DNA of 64,000 nucleotides from an uncultured Pseudomonadota bacterium (GTDB lineage Bacteria; Babelota; Babeliae; Babelales; RVW-14): NCBI GenBank assembly GCA_964534555.1, contig CAZHRK010000001.1, positions 592,904 to 656,903 of the forward strand, read 5' to 3'. Shown piece by piece: positions 60,034 to 64,000 of this stretch (position 1 is its first letter; each line of letters starts with the position of its first letter). The notes under the pieces were generated by a model. It saw only the letters and a program-made list of their open reading frames with translations, ran no database searches and was not told where the DNA came from. The position numbers and the translations under genes were made by a program.

Positions 60034-61482
60034 ATGAAGCTGCATCCCTCTTTTCTTCGTGCTGCCCTTCCAAATGGGTATTGTCTTCTGGGAAAAAAAG
60101 CAATCACTTACGATGATTTGAGTGAGCACTGGACACAGCAGCATGTTCCTGTATGCATAGACAGCAGGCTTATTAAGGCAAATGATTTTTTTATACCGCT
60201 TAAAGGCCAGGCCGTTGATGGTCATCAGTATATAGCTCAAGCGCTTGAAAAAGGCGCAGTTGGGTCGCTTGTCGCACGCTCATACCTCCCGGATCTTTCG
60301 CGTATGCCGCAAGAGCTAATTGATAATAAATTATTTATAGTTGTTGATGACACAACAGAGGCTTTTATTGCGCTCGCAAAAACTCGTCGTATGGAGCTGA
60401 TGTGCCCTGTTGTTGGTGTGACCGGATCAGTGGGTAAAACTTCAACAAAAGAGATGCTACGCAATATTCTTGCAGAGGCTGGGCTTCGTGCGTATGTTTC
60501 GTATAAAAATTTTAATAGCGTCTACGGCGTAAGTTATAATCTTCTGATGATTCCTGATGATGTGCAGGTTGTTGTGCTTGAAATGGGGATTAGTCAGCAG
60601 GCAGAGATGCGTCAAAACGCTGATATCGTCCGTCCTGATTATGCAATTATTACAACAATCGGACATGCCCATATGCAGGGACTTGGTGGCTCTGTTCAAG
60701 CTATCAGTTACGAAAAGCGTCAGATTTTTTCATTTTTTGGACCAGAGAATATCGGAATAATTAATGGGGATAACCCACTTCTTGATGAGGTTCATTATGC
60801 CCATCCGGTAGCGCGATTTGGTTTAAAAACAAAAAATCAGGTGCAGGCGCGTCGGGTTAAGGTTGAGCATGATGCTGATGGTAATGCAACGACACGTTTT
60901 ATTCTGAAGTGGTATGGGAGCAAGGTCGCGGTTTCTATGAGTGGTAATCACCAAGGCATGCTCAATAATGCGCTTGCGGCTGCAACAGCGGCTTATTTCC
61001 TTAAAATACCGCTTGATGCTCTTGTACGTGGAATCGAGTCTTATAAAGGCTTTGACAATCGCTTTGAGCTTGCAAAAATTGCAGGGGGCAAAGGGCTTCT
61101 TATTAACGATTGCTACAACGCTAATCCTGAGAGCATGCGCGCTGCACTTGATGCATTTGCGCAAATAAAAAAGCCGCTACGAAAAGTAGCTGTCCTTGGT
61201 GACATGCTTGAACTAGGTGAGCGTGAGCTTTTTTGGCACAGGCAAGTTGGAAAAGTTGTTTCAAAAGTTGATGATCTACAAGCCTTAATTTTAGTTGGCC
61301 ATAGAGCTCGCGAGATAGCAAAAAGCATAAATCACACGCTTGAAATTATTTTTGTAGATGATTGGGCAGCCGCCGTTAAACCGCTTCAAGAAATAATCGA
61401 TAAAGAGCCAAGCCTTGTGCTTGTTAAAGCGTCGCGCGGCATACAGCTTGATAAAATGGTCTCTACTGTTATTGAAAAGTAA
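60034..61482 (+). CDS. murF: UDP-MurNAc-tripeptide--D-alanyl-D-alanine ligase
   Basis: VGVTGSVGKTSTKEML P-loop, Mur ligase middle and C domains (DCYNANPESM). Start is the ATG at 60034 with aaaggtagg upstream. Confidence 0.85.
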   Translation: MKLHPSFLRAALPNGYCLLGKKAITYDDLSEHWTQQHVPVCIDSRLIKANDFFIPLKGQAVDGHQYIAQALEKGAVGSLVARSYLPDLSRMPQELIDNKLFIVVDDTTEAFIALAKTRRMELMCPVVGVTGSVGKTSTKEMLRNILAEAGLRAYVSYKNFNSVYGVSYNLLMIPDDVQVVVLEMGISQQAEMRQNADIVRPDYAIITTIGHAHMQGLGGSVQAISYEKRQIFSFFGPENIGIINGDNPLLDEVHYAHPVARFGLKTKNQVQARRVKVEHDADGNATTRFILKWYGSKVAVSMSGNHQGMLNNALAAATAAYFLKIPLDALVRGIESYKGFDNRFELAKIAGGKGLLINDCYNANPESMRAALDAFAQIKKPLRKVAVLGDMLELGERELFWHRQVGKVVSKVDDLQALILVGHRAREIAKSINHTLEIIFVDDWAAAVKPLQEIIDKEPSLVLVKASRGIQLDKMVSTVIEK

Positions 61483-61543
61483 ATCCCTTGTAAGGCATGA
61501 GCAAAAGCGTTATGGTGAAACTGATTAGGAGAAGGAGTTCCCC

Positions 61544-62077
61544 ATGCGTACATTATTCCTTGATGGCCTTGAAAGTCATGAAGGGCAAATGATAACACGC
61601 CTGCTTGATTTGCCACATAAGATACTTTCTCATCACGACACCGATGGGATTGAACAACTTATTTTGTATGAATTAGCGCAAGAGCAGTCGTTTGGTTTTG
61701 ATAAAGCAAGCTATCTTATTGATAACCCTGACTTTGATTGTCTGAAGGGTGTTGCTGGATACGATCGTAGTCAGTGTCGTTTGTCTGTAACAAATCCTTG
61801 GGAAAACCCCAGGGCAAGCGTGCTTGACCTTAAAAATGCACAATTTAATCAGCAGGTTTTAACGCTTTCACAAAACAGTTTGTGTAGCCGCACCCCTGCA
61901 GTTGATTCTGATTCTATTAAAGAGCTTTCTGGTGCGCTTGGCATGCGTAATCCATCATTTGTTACCTGGAAAATGAAGCACGGCAACCACGGCATACTTC
62001 TTTTTGAAGAGGGTGATAAACCTCACGCGCGCAGAGATTTGCTTCAGCATTTCGTTGCGCTTCTTGGTCTTTGCTAA
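61544..62077 (+). CDS. Hypothetical cytoplasmic protein (177 aa; possibly GAF-like)
   Basis: SD aaggag. No signal peptide. No firm family motif. Confidence 0.45.
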   Translation: MRTLFLDGLESHEGQMITRLLDLPHKILSHHDTDGIEQLILYELAQEQSFGFDKASYLIDNPDFDCLKGVAGYDRSQCRLSVTNPWENPRASVLDLKNAQFNQQVLTLSQNSLCSRTPAVDSDSIKELSGALGMRNPSFVTWKMKHGNHGILLFEEGDKPHARRDLLQHFVALLGLC

Positions 62078-62104
62078 AGACGTCTCAAAATACCGTTATT
62101 CCTT

Positions 62105-62140
62105 GAAGACGATCCTGCGGGCAGGGTCGTCTTTTCTTTT
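62105..62140 (+). terminator. Intrinsic terminator
   Basis: gaagacgatcctgc-gg-gcagggtcgtctt followed by ttctttt. Confidence 0.7.
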
Positions 62141-62376
62141 ACCCGCCAGCGCTCAAAAACACTTAGCTAAAGGCTTTTTCTCTCTGCATTATGGTGTAAA
62201 CCTTTAAATTTCGCCTCTGTTAGCTTTTTTCTTTACACTTGTTACAATTTGCCACCAATAATAACTTGAGCGTTATGAGTGAGCTTACATAATCAGTTAA
62301 TGCTTATTTACATTCGTTGTAATCACTTTTTGACCTTGTCTTACGCTGCTCTGACAGAAGATGGTAGAGGATTTTT

Positions 62377-63483
62377 ATGCTTAATGCGCCGCTTTTATTT
62401 ATTTTTTTAGTCAGTATGTTCGCTGTAAACGCAGCACAGAGTGCCTCTCCATTTCCACGTTTGACAACAAGGGTAACTCATGCTGGAGCAGGTTCACCGC
62501 TGACAGAAGCTGTTGGCGCGGCTGGTGGTAGCTCAGCGGCAGTTCTTTATGTTACTGATGAAGTTGAAGCGACTTCTGTAGCTGCGCATGCCATCGCTAC
62601 AGCGCCTCCTCAGCCCGCTAGAAGAGGTTTAAGACGTGCAACAGCAATTGATGAAGCTGTGCTTGTTATTGATGAAGCTCCATCTGCTCACGCGCTAGCT
62701 GTTGCAGCTCATGCTGGTGGCGCAGGTGTTTTTGATGCGATGATGAGCTCGTTTGTAAGACTGCAAGAAGCGGGTATTTCTGATACCGTCTTTTCGCCAT
62801 CTATTTGCGCAGCCTTAGCTATTAATGAGCCAACTGTGGTTGATTCGATTATTGAAGCATATAATCATCACGATTTTTCAGTTTTTCACTCTAGCGGCGA
62901 AACACCTTTAGCGTGTTTCCCAGCTGATTTACACCCTCATACACGTGCTCGATTTCAACTTGTCGCTGCACTTAAAAGGGTGCACAACTCACATTTTGAT
63001 AAGCTTATTAAAGATGAAATTCTTGCTTCTATTCCTCGTGCAGATGGTCTTCGAGCGAGAATTGATAGCGTTAGAGCGTTGCTTGCATACACATTATTTT
63101 TATCAGCGCACACTATTTTTGATATTGGTTATGACGACGCGTCTAAAGATTTTTTTATAATGGTTATTGCCCATTTTACTGAAGATGCTTTTTCAAGATT
63201 TTGCATCGATTTTTCATCAGAGTGCGAAACAAAAGCTGATGCACTGAGTGATTCAATAAAAGCACGTTCAGAGCGCATGTATCATGAACTCATGGCAGGA
63301 GCAGAGGCCGGCGAGGCTGAGGCATCTGCAGGCATTGGGCATCATTATGTTCTTAAAAATTATTCCTCTGCCGCTGCTCGGGCGCATGTTCTGGTCAAAC
63401 TTTTGGCAAAACGCCACCTTGGCTTTCTTATAAACAGCCAGATTAATGAGTCATGCGGCCGTTGCCTTGCATGGAAAGCATAA
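62377..63483 (+). CDS. Secreted ORFan (368 aa) with an Ala-rich N-region
   Basis: SD agagga. Signal MLNAPLLFIFLVSMFAVNAAQSA. Ala/Gly/Val/His-rich first ~110 aa, then a helical domain. Confidence 0.6.
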   Translation: MLNAPLLFIFLVSMFAVNAAQSASPFPRLTTRVTHAGAGSPLTEAVGAAGGSSAAVLYVTDEVEATSVAAHAIATAPPQPARRGLRRATAIDEAVLVIDEAPSAHALAVAAHAGGAGVFDAMMSSFVRLQEAGISDTVFSPSICAALAINEPTVVDSIIEAYNHHDFSVFHSSGETPLACFPADLHPHTRARFQLVAALKRVHNSHFDKLIKDEILASIPRADGLRARIDSVRALLAYTLFLSAHTIFDIGYDDASKDFFIMVIAHFTEDAFSRFCIDFSSECETKADALSDSIKARSERMYHELMAGAEAGEAEASAGIGHHYVLKNYSSAAARAHVLVKLLAKRHLGFLINSQINESCGRCLAWKA

Positions 63484-63593
63484 AATAAGCACTATTTCTA
63501 CGCGCGCTTGACCTGGCTTCCTTAAACCCTTGATATAAATATTTCAATTTGTAATTATTTATATAGATAATTGGTTCGATGACTGAGGTTGGT

Positions 63594-64000
63594 ATGAAGA
63601 AATTATTAGGTTTTGCAGTGTTTTTTTCATTCGCTGTCGGCTTTTCAGCCGTCTATCGTGTTAATGCTGCTGCTATGTCATCGCATGATCGCGCGCGATT
63701 CTTATTAAAAGATTTATCAGAGCGGTTTGAGCTTTTTAAAGCTCAGGGGCTTGTTGCACTTGAAGATGTACAAGGGTTTTTACCCCTAGGATTTTTGGCA
63801 ACATTTGCAGGGCTTGATGATGAAGAGCGTGCATTTTTTGCGCTAGAGTTTATTCGCTCTAGTTCTGGACCATTAACGTATGTCTCAGAAGACAAAGCTG
63901 ATGAAATTTTAACACAAGCACGTCTTAACCTTAGTCAAAAAAAAGCTTCAATAATGCAGCTTCAAGAGGCTGTGAGCCCGCTTGCCCGAGCTCCTCGAAT
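63594..64000 (+). CDS. Secreted ORFan, 5' part only (runs off the window)
   Basis: SD gaggttgg. MKKLLGFAVFFSFAVGFSAVYRVNAAA signal. The frame is open to the window end, which is why it is not in the ORF track. Confidence 0.5.
   Translation, partial: MKKLLGFAVFFSFAVGFSAVYRVNAAAMSSHDRARFLLKDLSERFELFKAQGLVALEDVQGFLPLGFLATFAGLDDEERAFFALEFIRSSSGPLTYVSEDKADEILTQARLNLSQKKASIMQLQEAVSPLARAPR

Noticed and set aside
1-64000. A search for CRISPR arrays, rRNA, transposases, integrases, prophage genes and recognisable defence systems (restriction-modification, toxin-antitoxin, and similar).
   Set aside because: None was found. The only repeat structures are the 35765-36170 element, intragenic tandem repeats and short homopolymers. 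The GC-rich ORFan blocks lack mobility genes or flanking direct repeats, and the one tRNA in the window (20439-20514) is not adjacent to them. I therefore do not call them a mobile island.

Overview
64-kb chromosomal window from a diderm bacterium, shown by a Kdo transferase, a beta-barrel OMP, SpoIID and MurF/RodA/UppP. It is probably host-associated, because it carries many signal-peptide ORFans and ankyrin-repeat proteins. An amoeba-symbiont-like lineage such as Dependentiae/TM6 is my guess only. I support about 50 protein genes and one tRNA (CAU anticodon, hidden inside a track ORF). I found no rRNA, no CRISPR array and no transposase, integrase or phage genes.

Housekeeping backbone: lon (5' cut by the window), waaA, sbcC, rodA-like SEDS gene, an MGDG-synthase-like glycosyltransferase, a CPBP protease, HU, tatD, a ydjM-like gene, spoIID, rnhA, a zinc-ribbon protein, gap, hflX, an acyl-CoA carboxyltransferase, dnaE, a CaCA antiporter, frr-pyrH-tsf, rpmF-plsX-(TPR protein)-gltX-fabD-fabG-acpP-fabF, uppP, ftsK and murF. 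Many track ORF starts needed trimming on the basis of RBS position, the tRNA, or terminators.

About 22 lineage-specific genes for exported or membrane proteins are interleaved with this backbone. Many have GC-rich Ala/Gly/Pro/Arg/Thr low-complexity regions. Hand counts: 36/60 G+C at 27301-27360 versus 22/60 at 7501-7560.

Most interesting observations:
1. An orphan type-1 periplasmic binding protein is translationally coupled to a pentameric ligand-gated ion channel homologue (3188-5404).
2. A 9.4-kb block of ORFan exported proteins (27195-36606) contains a 4-5 gene operon transcribed divergently from an 878-aa secreted protein.
3. A ~400-bp nested inverted-repeat element (MITE-like or iteron-like) sits between two paralogous secreted-protein genes next to dnaE (35765-36170).
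4. Three tandem small secreted peptides include two paralogues with a C-x2-C-G-C-x2-S-x-H motif, and one of the three is absent from the ORF track (5702-6559).
5. Smaller items: a secreted ankyrin gene broken by a single in-frame TAA, two tandem exported GNAT acetyltransferases, a secreted polycationic protein, and homopolymeric G8/C9 tracts.

All functional calls rest on motifs I recognise by eye. No database search was possible.
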